From contig JAHLWP010000014.1 of assembly GCA_019057865.1 (NCBI GenBank), positions 1 through 64,000 of the forward strand: 64,000 nucleotides of DNA, given 5' to 3'. The position numbers were made by a program, and so were the translations under genes. Below the pieces are notes generated by a model, which did not search any database, was not told the DNA's origin, and was given only the letters and a program-made list of their open reading frames with translations. This DNA is from Promethearchaeota archaeon. GTDB taxonomy: Archaea > Asgardarchaeota > Lokiarchaeia > Sigyniarchaeales > SOKP01. This document shows, piece by piece, positions 42,250 through 52,388 of this stretch. Position 1 is the first letter of the stretch. Each line of letters opens with the position of its first letter.

Positions 42250-42489
42250 GATCTTATAATTTCTCTTATACCTAATAAATTAATACAGAGTATTGGTTTT
42301 TTATTAACCAAAAAAGTAATACAAATTTGTATATTTAGATTTAAGTTTTTTGTCAAATTTTCGTACCAAAAGAACGAATTAGACAATTTAGTATGCTTAT
42401 TTTTCCATGAAGTGTTCTAAATAGTCCCGACAAAAAAGAAGTTTAAATTGAAATGAATAAATTTTATGAACAAAACGATAATCATATAA

Positions 42490-44901
42490 TTATTGAGCAA
42501 AAGATATTAAATCTTTTTGAGTGGATTTCTTGTTATAATCAGATGTCAATAGTTCTTCAAGCTCGGGGAACTCGAATGGGAAGATGTTCTCGAAAGCTCT
42601 TTTTAACAATTCAACATATTTTTTTCGATCATATTCGTGCCTTGTATCAGCATATAGATCTGAGAGGATGACTTTTTTTTCAGGAAAGTTAGGATCTGCA
42701 TCGGCGTTAAGAATAATATATCTCACGTTTTTTCCAGCAGATGCTACAAAGCCAGATCGTTCTAATTGTCTTGCGGCAACTGCTTGGTAGGAATTTACCT
42801 TATATTGGGAAGGTTTCCGAGATATTTTTTGCCGTATTGTAAGCTCATCTCTAGATACCCGACCTGAATATACTCTGTCTACATATTCATAGAGCTTTTT
42901 CTTTGCTTTTGGGATTCTTTCCATGAACTCCTCAACAGTCTCAGCACCTTGAAATACATCAATAAATGCATATTGAGCATCCTTTACGATTTTTGGAATA
43001 TCTCTACGTCTAACCTCAATACCTCTCACCTTTACTTCACCATCACTTTTTATCCCCCAATAATGGCTAAGCGCGGGAACATCTCGCTCTGCTCGAGAAG
43101 GAAGAAAGACAATGTTATTAAATCTCCCATCCCAACTCATAGGAATTCCTATCTTTTCTGTTATTTCTTCAGCAATCTTTTGAGTAAGTTTATCGAATTC
43201 CTCCGGTGATCTTCCTTTCGTATCTTGAAGCCACATTGAATCAACAATTCCATGAACGACTTTGCAACCATGTTCTTTGGCAATCTCGGCAGAGCGCATA
43301 AGGAATTCTCGAGCAAAGGCGCAGACCGCTTGATGGGCTTCAATTTTACCAAAACGAGCATTCTTGAAGCCTAAGTATCCAAAACTTACTACAAGCACCC
43401 ATTTTAGTGCGATATCTGTAAATTTATATCGAAGGTCATCATGTGTTTTATTGTATTCTTTGTATTCCAACCTTTTTCTTAACGGTAAGCTAATCGACTT
43501 TGAAATAATTCCTTCTCTCTTGGAACAGATGTGAAAGTTCAATCCTGGCACTTTTATACCTGTACCATCGTCTTTACAACATTTGCAATTTAGGGTCTCT
43601 GAAGAAATATTGAAATTTGCCATTAAAGAGGGATACATAGAGGAGAAATCTAATTCTACCACTTGATCAAAAATTCCAATAAGAGGCTCAAAAATGTGTC
43701 CACCTCTGTCGCTCACGATAAGTTCCATACCTGTCTTAAAATCTTCAGGACTCTTTTTGAAGGGAGGAATTAAATGATCAAGCTTATACGCATTGTAAAA
43801 TTGTATTGACTGAAGTGCCCCCCCAATTGTCACTCGACACAATCTTTGAAGTGGCACCCGTGAAACGCGAGCAACTTCAATCACTCCAGGGATGTTTCCC
43901 TCACTAAAATGTAAACTACCGTATGCAGTTGTATCTAAGTGAAATCGACCAGTAAAATACACTTGAGTTTTTGACCGGCGCATTATTATTCCGTAAGACA
44001 TATAGTGGTCTGATCCACCGGAAAGTTCGAAAATGCAATTTTTTAATGGCGTTTTTGTGCGGGAAAAGTAAAGATGTCTTGATACACGATTGATGGATGC
44101 TCGTGCTGCTAAATAGGGAAATACAAATTCGTCTCCTCCGTGAGTAAGAATAATGTCTGGATCCAACCTCTCGATTACTTTGCTAATTATTTTTAACTTA
44201 TCTGCTTCATCCGCTCTATTAATGAGAAATTTTCTTTTTTTCTGCCCATCTGCCCTTGGGATGTTACTGTTTTCATCCTTTTCGACAATGCTGATTTCTG
44301 CATATTCAAGAGGGTCATTATAATAAGGTCTTAACCCTTTTTGTTGGACTTTAATATCTAACCATACAGCCTTTAGAGGGGGTAAATCGTAAAATAGCTC
44401 CTCGTTATCATCTTTTAACACTAATGCCACTAACTTTATCGTATTCCTGTTGCTGTTTTTGTCCTTTACAACTTTTGTCCTGAAATTACAAAGAGACATT
44501 GGAAATAAATCGTTCACGTAAAAATACATCTGTGAGATTGGAAGATCCGTATTATATAATATAAAAAGACCTATTTCGTTAATTTCTTGAATTGTTTTTT
44601 TGAATACCGAGGGTTTAGCAACTGAAACTCCTAAGATTTTTCTCTTCTTATGATCTTCCAGCCTGACATATTTTTCACACACTCTCACACTTTTTACATT
44701 TGGGTGGCCCTCTAGGATTTTTTTAAATCTTTTTAAGTCAGAGCCTGTTTTTTTCCTTGGGACCGCGAAAAACTCAGGATGAAACTCATCAAGTATTTCT
44801 AGAATTTTTTGCTCATTCACGGTTTTAACCCAAAGAATAACTCCCTCTCCATATGTAGAAACATCTAAAAGCCATCCATCAAATTGATCTTGCTGATCCA
44901 A
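42490..44901 (-). CDS. polB2: Family B DNA polymerase, PolB2-type
   Basis: LDFSSMYPS, KWVLVVSFGYLG, HGIVDS, RGIEVRRRD; exonuclease motifs degenerate. Confidence 0.88.
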   Translation of the reverse strand: MDQQDQFDGWLLDVSTYGEGVILWVKTVNEQKILEILDEFHPEFFAVPRKKTGSDLKRFKKILEGHPNVKSVRVCEKYVRLEDHKKRKILGVSVAKPSVFKKTIQEINEIGLFILYNTDLPISQMYFYVNDLFPMSLCNFRTKVVKDKNSNRNTIKLVALVLKDDNEELFYDLPPLKAVWLDIKVQQKGLRPYYNDPLEYAEISIVEKDENSNIPRADGQKKRKFLINRADEADKLKIISKVIERLDPDIILTHGGDEFVFPYLAARASINRVSRHLYFSRTKTPLKNCIFELSGGSDHYMSYGIIMRRSKTQVYFTGRFHLDTTAYGSLHFSEGNIPGVIEVARVSRVPLQRLCRVTIGGALQSIQFYNAYKLDHLIPPFKKSPEDFKTGMELIVSDRGGHIFEPLIGIFDQVVELDFSSMYPSLMANFNISSETLNCKCCKDDGTGIKVPGLNFHICSKREGIISKSISLPLRKRLEYKEYNKTHDDLRYKFTDIALKWVLVVSFGYLGFKNARFGKIEAHQAVCAFAREFLMRSAEIAKEHGCKVVHGIVDSMWLQDTKGRSPEEFDKLTQKIAEEITEKIGIPMSWDGRFNNIVFLPSRAERDVPALSHYWGIKSDGEVKVRGIEVRRRDIPKIVKDAQYAFIDVFQGAETVEEFMERIPKAKKKLYEYVDRVYSGRVSRDELTIRQKISRKPSQYKVNSYQAVAARQLERSGFVASAGKNVRYIILNADADPNFPEKKVILSDLYADTRHEYDRKKYVELLKRAFENIFPFEFPELEELLTSDYNKKSTQKDLISFAQ

Positions 44902-44917
44902 TTTTATCCTTTTCCTT

Positions 44918-45175
44918 TCACTTTTTTTCTAATTCCTGTACTCTTTTTTCTAAGCTTTCAATCCTTTTCTCTTGTTCAATCGCAAAAGAAATGAAAAGTA
45001 TTTCGGAAAGCATCGGACGAGCACTTAGACTACCAGCATCGGCATGTATTCGTGCAAAATTCATTAATTTGTCAAATATTTTCTGATCTTCTGGTCTAAG
45101 TGCTCTTTTAAAGTCTTTCCAGCTTTCAATCTCATGCTCTAATGCAGGTCTAAAAGAGGGGACTGTTCTACCCAT
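44918..45175 (-). CDS. Small PolB2-associated protein (arCOG07300-like)
   Basis: MGRTVPSFR...W..FKRALR.ED...FD.L; directly upstream of polB2. Confidence 0.85.
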   Translation of the reverse strand: MGRTVPSFRPALEHEIESWKDFKRALRPEDQKIFDKLMNFARIHADAGSLSARPMLSEILFISFAIEQEKRIESLEKRVQELEKK

Positions 45176-45339
45176 AATAAAACAACCATGAGAAGAAATT
45201 CTTTGTAAAATTTAAAAAAAAGTACATTGAAGATTTATCGATTTCTATATATCGTTGACTCAATTTTTAAACCATTAGATAACACTAATTCTTTTAAATT
45301 TAGCTAAATTTTTTTATTTCCCTTAATTAAATAATTATT

Positions 45340-47928
45340 ATGTTTATTTATTTGGAGAATTTAATTGAATCCGAAGATAACACGAAAGAAATATTTCTAA
45401 TTCCTTACCCTCGCTATCTTAAATTAAAAAATTTTCAAAAAATAAAGGTTACTGAACATACTAAATTATTTACAGACCTAAAAGAAGATTTTTTATTAAT
45501 TATAGAACAATTTCAAGAGAAATTGAAATTTCTTGGGTTAAAAAACAAGTTAGAAATTCAAAAAGTAAGGGATTTTAGTAAATTTCCAAATATAGAGTTA
45601 GTTATTAAAAAATTCAGAAGCAGTTTTCCAGAAGAACTTTATAATAAAATAGTAAATGAAAAAATTTATATTCAACAAGGATATTTTTTAGTTTCAGAAG
45701 GATCTGAACTTTATTTAGAAGCTTCTACACCTCAAGGGATGTTTTATGGGATTCAAACCTTAATTCAATTGTTGAATTCAAGTCAAGACAAATTATCATT
45801 AAATGAATTAAGAATAATAGATTTTCCCGCTTTAAAAATCAGAGGAGTATCAGATGATATCTCAAGAGGACAAGCACCTACTATTAAAAATTTGAAGAAA
45901 TTTGTCGAAGAATTAAGCCATTATAAAGTAAATCAATATTATTTAGTCTATATGCAAGATATGTTTAAATTTACAAACCATCCTGAAATCGGAAAAGAAC
46001 GGGGGGCATATTCAAAAGAAGATATAATAAAATTACAAAATTTTGCAAAGGAACATTTTATAGAAATAATTCCAATTTTCCAAACCATAGGTCATTGGGA
46101 AAATATTTTACATCATCCTGATTATTGGAAATATGGAGAGTTTCCTGGTTCGAATAGTTTAAACATCGTAAATGAAGAAATTTATGATCTTTTAGATGAA
46201 ATGATTGGTGAATTAAGTGAAGCTTTTAAATCAGAGTATTTTCATATTGGAGCAGATGAGAGCTGGGATGTTGGGAAAGTAGCTTCAAAAAGCTTTATTG
46301 AAAATGTTGGTATTGGAAAAGCTTATCTTAATCATTACAAGAGAGTATACGATATTGTCAAAAAACATGGTTATAAAAAAGTAATCATATATCATGATAT
46401 CCTCTATAAGTATAAGGAAGTTCTTGAGGGATTACCAAATGATATGATAATAATGTATTGGAAATATAATACAAAACAAAAATATCCAATATTAAATAAA
46501 ATAAAAGAATATGGTTTTCCAATTATAGTTAGTCCATCAATAATGGATTTTAATCGAATTTTTCCATCGATAGATAAATATGAAAAAAACATTGTAAATT
46601 TAATTAAATTTGGTTATGATAGACAAATAATTGGAGAAGTGACTTCAAGTTGGGGAGATTATAGAAATAAAGAAATTAGAGAGAATCGATTTTATGGTTT
46701 TATTTTTTCTGCCATGGTCGGTTGGAATCCCACAAAAGAAATAAAGATTATAAACTTCTGGAAAGGTCTTTTTATACATTTTTTTGGAATTATAGATTCT
46801 AAATTATTAACTATATTTGGCAAAATTCGGGCAATTCTAGACCGAAAATTATTACATACAAGTCCTTTATCATATTATAACCATTTTTTTTCGCATCCAT
46901 ATGCTAAGAACAATTCAAAGTATAGAAAAAATATAAAAATTTCTGGATTTGATAATATAATTTCTGATATGAATGCTATAATTAAATTATGTGAAGAGTT
47001 AGAAGTAGATGTACCTAAAAATGAAGTTAACATCAAAAATCTAGCATTTGTGGCAAAACATATTAGATTTTATTGTAAGAAGCGACTAAACTCAAGATCT
47101 TTAGTTCAATTTTCTCCAATTACAAAAAATTATAAGAACCAAAAAATCAAGGAGATTGAAAATTTAAAAGATAAACTAATTCTGTTACTAGATGAGTATG
47201 AGCACTTATGGCTGAAAAGTGCGAGGATAGAAGGTTTTCAAGCAATTAAAACACGATATTTATGGTTAATAAAAATTTATGATGATAAGATCGAACAATT
47301 GAAAAATGATGTTAATTGGGAAGATCCTAATATCCCAAGTGAGTTAATTTATTTAGATAATAAAGAATTGCATAGAGAGCATACCACGTTTTATCAGAAA
47401 ATTATAAATATTGATAATAAAGTAGAGCAAGCACATTTGCAGGTCAGTGCTGGTACTTTTGCTAAACTTTTTATAAATAACTCATATATTGGCCATATAA
47501 TCACTCGACATTCGCTTAATTATGTAATTTTAGAAAATAATATTCAAATTTTCGATATAAAAGAATATTTAAAACAAGGTGAAAATAAAATTACAATTGA
47601 AAATACCGATTTCATTGGTGGTGTAGGTCCTATAAATGTATATGGTGAAATTGAACTAGCTAATAAGGAGGCTATTCAAATAAATACAGATAAAACGTGG
47701 TTAGCTACAAGAGAAATCAATAAACAATGGAGTAATGTGAATAGTTTTGGCAAACCTCCTAAAGCTACAGGAGGTTTATATTATCCAAATTTTACTGAAA
47801 ATTTGCACTCAAAAGAAACTGACTCAATGGCATTTTTAAATACAATCGCTAGTAGAAAGTCTAAAAAATTCTTTTGGATACTAAAATTAGTCTTTAAACT
47901 CTTTTATCGTTATGATATTTTAGAATAA
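45340..47928 (+). CDS. GH20 beta-N-acetylhexosaminidase-like glycosidase
   Basis: FYGIQTL.Q, IIDFP..RG..DISRG, FHIGADE. Confidence 0.88.
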   Translation: MFIYLENLIESEDNTKEIFLIPYPRYLKLKNFQKIKVTEHTKLFTDLKEDFLLIIEQFQEKLKFLGLKNKLEIQKVRDFSKFPNIELVIKKFRSSFPEELYNKIVNEKIYIQQGYFLVSEGSELYLEASTPQGMFYGIQTLIQLLNSSQDKLSLNELRIIDFPALKIRGVSDDISRGQAPTIKNLKKFVEELSHYKVNQYYLVYMQDMFKFTNHPEIGKERGAYSKEDIIKLQNFAKEHFIEIIPIFQTIGHWENILHHPDYWKYGEFPGSNSLNIVNEEIYDLLDEMIGELSEAFKSEYFHIGADESWDVGKVASKSFIENVGIGKAYLNHYKRVYDIVKKHGYKKVIIYHDILYKYKEVLEGLPNDMIIMYWKYNTKQKYPILNKIKEYGFPIIVSPSIMDFNRIFPSIDKYEKNIVNLIKFGYDRQIIGEVTSSWGDYRNKEIRENRFYGFIFSAMVGWNPTKEIKIINFWKGLFIHFFGIIDSKLLTIFGKIRAILDRKLLHTSPLSYYNHFFSHPYAKNNSKYRKNIKISGFDNIISDMNAIIKLCEELEVDVPKNEVNIKNLAFVAKHIRFYCKKRLNSRSLVQFSPITKNYKNQKIKEIENLKDKLILLLDEYEHLWLKSARIEGFQAIKTRYLWLIKIYDDKIEQLKNDVNWEDPNIPSELIYLDNKELHREHTTFYQKIINIDNKVEQAHLQVSAGTFAKLFINNSYIGHIITRHSLNYVILENNIQIFDIKEYLKQGENKITIENTDFIGGVGPINVYGEIELANKEAIQINTDKTWLATREINKQWSNVNSFGKPPKATGGLYYPNFTENLHSKETDSMAFLNTIASRKSKKFFWILKLVFKLFYRYDILE

Positions 47929-47986
47929 GATTTAGTTAAATTAATTATGAAATTAAAGAGAAAAAATTTGAAATTAGGTATAGTTT

Positions 47987-48403
47987 ATGACTGAAGAATT
48001 AAAAAAATGGCACGCTCCTTGTGGAATCTATTGTAAAAGATGTCCTGGTATAAAAGCGTTTAACTGTAAAGGATGCCGAGAGCAAAAGGGTCAAATACTT
48101 AAGTTCCCGGTATGTAAAACATATGAATGCGTTACTAGTAAGGGATATGAATTCTGTTATGAGTGTGAGGATTTCCCCTGTGAGATGCTCCAGCCAATTG
48201 TTAATTTTGAAATTTTTGCTCCTCATAACTCTAAAGTGTATAATTCAGTTATGATACAAAAAATTGGATTAGAAGAATGGAATAAAATATGTGAAGAAAA
48301 ATCTACTCTTTATTACCAAGGAAAAAAAATACAATATGGCGGCGATCCCCTTACTCTTGAAAAAAAAGACAGTAATATGTATAAAAAAAAGAAAAAAGAC
48401 TAA
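47987..48403 (+). CDS. Cys-rich DUF3795-like protein
   Basis: APCGIYCKRC, CKGCR, FCYECEDFPC. Confidence 0.8.
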   Translation: MTEELKKWHAPCGIYCKRCPGIKAFNCKGCREQKGQILKFPVCKTYECVTSKGYEFCYECEDFPCEMLQPIVNFEIFAPHNSKVYNSVMIQKIGLEEWNKICEEKSTLYYQGKKIQYGGDPLTLEKKDSNMYKKKKKD

Positions 48404-49221
48404 AACCACACATCTAAAGTCATATTTCTTAAAGGAACTTTCTTCTTTGGTTCACGAGGCTTCCATCTTAATAACCGATTTTCTGGCAAGTATGGATGCT
48501 GAACGAGGGTGTATTCTACAAATCGCTCATCATCTCTTATCAGTACTAGCACCTTCCCAAAATGAGAAAGTATCTTTCCCCCTTTAGGCCTGAAAAGGGA
48601 GTATTCACTTAAAGGTGTAGTTATAATAATTAAGGGATTTGTTTTTGAGAGCATTCTTTTAATTCCGTCTATTGTCCTTAGTAAGTCTTCGAAAGTTTGT
48701 TTTTCATAATTTGGCCATAATTTAGTTATCCCCGAGATTAACACAACTTTAATATTTTCAAGTTTATCAAGTCGATTCTCTAAGATCTCAACCAGTTGAT
48801 CCCAAGTAAAAGCGCGTGAAATCAGTATGTTTTCTAAAACTTTCCTAGGTGATAAATTTTGTGAAACGGCAAACTTACTTATATTATAAGGATTAAATCG
48901 ATTGTTGACATCAACATAAGCAACTTTAATATCATCTCCAAGCCCTCCATTGTTAAATGATTTTTGAGCAATAACAGAGGTTGTTAACAAAATGTTAGAT
49001 GTAATTTTCTTATCTCCATAGAGTAGATAAATTAAATCTCGGTGAAAACCCCCAGAAAGTAATTCATCTAACGTCTTATCTCCACTTGAAACGAGTGGAA
49101 AACGAGTATTCTTTTTGTATACCTTGAATCCTGAATTAAACGTCATCATATTAAGTAACATTTCTTCAAAATAAAACACGAATACACCGACAATTTTTTG
49201 AAAAGTGCCCATTTTATTCAT
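48400..49221 (-). CDS. RadA/RecA-fold protein with degenerate Walker A; start may be 49162
   Basis: SGDKTLDELLSGGF, LYGDKKIT, YVD..NRF.P, LENILISRAFT..Q. Confidence 0.82.
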   Translation of the reverse strand: MNKMGTFQKIVGVFVFYFEEMLLNMMTFNSGFKVYKKNTRFPLVSSGDKTLDELLSGGFHRDLIYLLYGDKKITSNILLTTSVIAQKSFNNGGLGDDIKVAYVDVNNRFNPYNISKFAVSQNLSPRKVLENILISRAFTWDQLVEILENRLDKLENIKVVLISGITKLWPNYEKQTFEDLLRTIDGIKRMLSKTNPLIIITTPLSEYSLFRPKGGKILSHFGKVLVLIRDDERFVEYTLVQHPYLPENRLLRWKPREPKKKVPLRNMTLDVWF

Positions 49222-49398
49222 AGTTAAGTAATAATGTTTCCTTTCTCAAGAAAAAATGTTCTTTTAAGAGTAAAACTCTTTCATGGAGACAGGGAGAGGA
49301 GAGTAAAAGTAAAAGTAAACAAATCCAAACTTGAATAGTTTTGAATTGCCGACAAAAATAGAGAGAAAATAATCAAGATCAATATGTTCATTTATGAT

Positions 49399-50163
49399 TT
49401 ATTTGTTCTTAACAAGATCTACAACCTTGGGGAGAACTTCGCCTATTTTTTCATGAATTACAACTTCAGCTGATCCATCCATTTCTGTTTCTTGAATATT
49501 GATAATAGCTAATTTTGCTCCTTGTGAAAGAGCTTTATGAGGATAAAAAGCTGCGGGATATACAACAAGTGAACTCCCTAAAACAATCATTAAATCACAG
49601 TTCAAAATCATTAGATCTGCTGCAAATAATGTCTCAGATTCTAATGGTTCTCCAAAAAATATTGCATTAGGTTTTAATAATCCATTACAAACCTCACATG
49701 AAGGAACTTTCCTTTCTTTGAGAAATTGATTTATCATTGTTGTAATTGGATAGACTTTCTTACACCTCATACATTTGGCTTCATTTACAGTCCCATGTAA
49801 TTCTATGATATTTTTAGTCTTCGCCTTATGATGTAGGCCGTCTATATTCTGGGTGAGAACTCCCTTTAATTTCCCTAATTTCTGTAATTTAGTTAAAGCC
49901 TTATGACCTCTGTTAGGTCTAGCCTTAAAAATCTGTAACCCCATTTCCAACATAAAGTCTAAATTCTTACCAGTGTCCGCGACATATGAATGAATAGAGG
50001 CAAATTCATTGGGATCTACTTTAGTCCATAATCCTGATTCAGGACTTCTAAAATCAGCAATTCCACTCTCGGTACTCATACCTGCACCTGTTAATGCTAC
50101 GATATCCTTTGAGTCTAAAATTAGTTGAACAAGAGTTTCAATTTTTTCCTCCAAACTCTTCAT
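49399..50163 (-). CDS. cobB: Sir2-family NAD-dependent deacylase
   Basis: TGAGMSTESGIADFRS, TQNIDGLH, ELHG, GSSLVVYPAA. Confidence 0.93.
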   Translation of the reverse strand: MKSLEEKIETLVQLILDSKDIVALTGAGMSTESGIADFRSPESGLWTKVDPNEFASIHSYVADTGKNLDFMLEMGLQIFKARPNRGHKALTKLQKLGKLKGVLTQNIDGLHHKAKTKNIIELHGTVNEAKCMRCKKVYPITTMINQFLKERKVPSCEVCNGLLKPNAIFFGEPLESETLFAADLMILNCDLMIVLGSSLVVYPAAFYPHKALSQGAKLAIINIQETEMDGSAEVVIHEKIGEVLPKVVDLVKNK

Positions 50164-50332
50164 ACCAAAAATGCTCCAAAAAAGTAAATAAAACAAAAAA
50201 AATTAATAACTATTATTTTTATTTATTGAATATAATATAATAATATAATGAATATATCAGTTAATAAACCATAAATTAAGAACATTAAATCATTCAATGA
50301 AAATTAGCTCTTGATTAACCAAATAAACCCAA

Positions 50333-50896
50333 ATGGTGAATAAATTAACCCAAATAACCAAATCATTTATATATAAGGTTTGCGTTTGTGGCGATGGAGG
50401 TGTAGGTAAAACCTCCCTTGTTTTGCGTTATTGCGAAAATTCATTTAAAGAAAATTACATAATGACCATCGGATCTAACTTCTCGACGAAGACTGTAGAG
50501 CTAACTGAGTATCCGGAGTATCAAGTTAAGCTTCAACTATGGGATCTCGCAGGACAAAAGCACTTTAGCTTTGTACGTCCAGCATTCTATCGCGGGACTA
50601 GTGGTCTTATATATACGTTCGATCTCACCCGACGGAGCTCTTTCTCTAACATTTTAGAATGGAAGAGTGAAGTAGAAAAGGTAATTGGTCAAGGTAAACC
50701 AAGTGTTTTAGTTGGAAATAAAATTGATTTAGCAAATCAAGGGAACAGAGAAGTTGGAGAACAAGATGGAATAGCTTTACAATATGAATTAGGAGCAATA
50801 GACTATTTTGAGGCAAGTGCTAAAGATGACATTTTGGTTGAACCTGTTTTTAAAGATATCACACTCGCAATTCTGAGGGCATCAAGCAAAATTTAA
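50333..50896 (+). CDS. Rab-like small GTPase
   Basis: GDGGVGKTS, TIG, WDLAGQ, GNKID, EASAK. Confidence 0.93.
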   Translation: MVNKLTQITKSFIYKVCVCGDGGVGKTSLVLRYCENSFKENYIMTIGSNFSTKTVELTEYPEYQVKLQLWDLAGQKHFSFVRPAFYRGTSGLIYTFDLTRRSSFSNILEWKSEVEKVIGQGKPSVLVGNKIDLANQGNREVGEQDGIALQYELGAIDYFEASAKDDILVEPVFKDITLAILRASSKI

Positions 50897-51008
50897 AAAT
50901 TTAATTTGTTATAAACATTAAATTCTTATTTATTAGTTAATTGTTAAATATTAAAAGTTTTAAATTTCAAAAATATCAAAATAATATAAGGAGATTGATG
51001 AGTTAATC

Positions 51009-51728
51009 ATGTTTGGCGGACAAGCGATGAAATATGACCGTGCTCTAACCGTATTTTCACCTGAGGGGAGATTATTTCAAGTAGAATATGCTCTAGAAGC
51101 TGTTAGAAGGGGAACCATAGCAGTTGCAGTAAAATCTGAAGAAGATGTATGCTTAGCGGCTCAAATTAAAATCCCTTCTGTATTAATGGATGCTGATTCT
51201 ATTGATAAAATCTTTCAAGTTGATGAGCACATAGGTGTAGCAATCTCTGGATTACATGCTGATTCACGTGCTTTAATTAATTATGCAAGGGTCCAAGCAC
51301 AATCATTTAGATTAACGTATGATGAACCCGCTCGACTTAAAATGCTCGTAAAAACTATTGCAGATATGAAACAAATCTATACCCAATATGGAGGAATTAG
51401 ACCTTTTGGATGTGCTCTTTTCTTTATTGGCATAGATGCTGCTGGAACTCAGATATTTACAACATCTCCTAGCGGTATTTACCGTTCATTTAAAGCATAT
51501 GCGCTTGGAAGTGGTGAAGCGCGTGCTCGAGAATACCTTACAGATAACTATAAGCCTGACATGTCATTTGAGGAGATCATTGATTTATCATTAAAAGCTC
51601 TTAAAGAGTCAATTGATGAGGAAATGACGAAAGAAACTATTCGGCTTGCCTATGTTAGATCTAAAGATAAAAATTTTATAATGGCAGAGAAGTCAGAAAT
51701 TGAGCAATATTTAAGCAAACTTCAATAA
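51009..51728 (+). CDS. psmA: Proteasome alpha subunit
   Basis: YDRALTVFSPEGRLFQVEYA, TQYGGIRPFG. Confidence 0.95.
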   Translation: MFGGQAMKYDRALTVFSPEGRLFQVEYALEAVRRGTIAVAVKSEEDVCLAAQIKIPSVLMDADSIDKIFQVDEHIGVAISGLHADSRALINYARVQAQSFRLTYDEPARLKMLVKTIADMKQIYTQYGGIRPFGCALFFIGIDAAGTQIFTTSPSGIYRSFKAYALGSGEARAREYLTDNYKPDMSFEEIIDLSLKALKESIDEEMTKETIRLAYVRSKDKNFIMAEKSEIEQYLSKLQ

Positions 51729-51878
51729 GATTTAAATTATAATACTTTTACTAATTATTTGCTTATTTCTTTTAATATAAAAGATCTTATAAAGTATATT
51801 TTTTAATAATAAATTAAAGATAATTGAACAATTTAAAGAGTTTTACTTATTAGAAATTAAGTGTAATGTGTAAAATAT

Positions 51879-52274
51879 ATGGGGAAAAAAAAGAAAATCC
51901 GGGAGCAATTTGATGAAATATTTAGATCTGGAAATGAAAAAGCAATAAAAAAAATATTAGAAAAAAATCCTTGGTTACTTAATGAAGTTTCACAAAACTT
52001 TGATGCTGGAATGTCGGAGCAAAACCAAGCCATTGCTGCTTTAGGTGTAATGGAAGATGAATTAGGAGGAGCAGTTCCAATTGATGAAATAGTATTTAGT
52101 TTAAGAGTTGATTTTAACATTCGAAAACCAGAGGTAGATGTATTAGAAATTTTAAAAAACATTGAAACTCTAAATCTTGTAAAACGTGAATCCAATGGTT
52201 GGAGTTTAACATTAGAAGGAGGAAAAATTTGTGATGATTATCTTAATAAAAGTCTTGGAGATATTGAATTATAA
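51879..52274 (+). CDS. Hypothetical protein, possible C-terminal winged helix
   Basis: ILKNIETLNLVKRESNGWSLTLEG. Confidence 0.65.
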   Translation: MGKKKKIREQFDEIFRSGNEKAIKKILEKNPWLLNEVSQNFDAGMSEQNQAIAALGVMEDELGGAVPIDEIVFSLRVDFNIRKPEVDVLEILKNIETLNLVKRESNGWSLTLEGGKICDDYLNKSLGDIEL

Positions 52275-52388
52275 TTACTTAAATTTTTATGTTTAATATA
52301 TGATTTTTAAAATATAACTATATTATTATATTTAATTAAAAGAAGATTTTAAGATAGCAGTTTCATTTTTAATCCTTTTTAAAAATAG

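Noticed and set aside
42198-42386. 62-aa ORF from the track
   Set aside because: Overlaps the leader and start of the better-supported 42076-42249 ORF
49266-49320. Palindrome aagagt-aaa-actctt and agtaaa repeats
   Set aside because: Short, AT-rich, no second copy found near polB2
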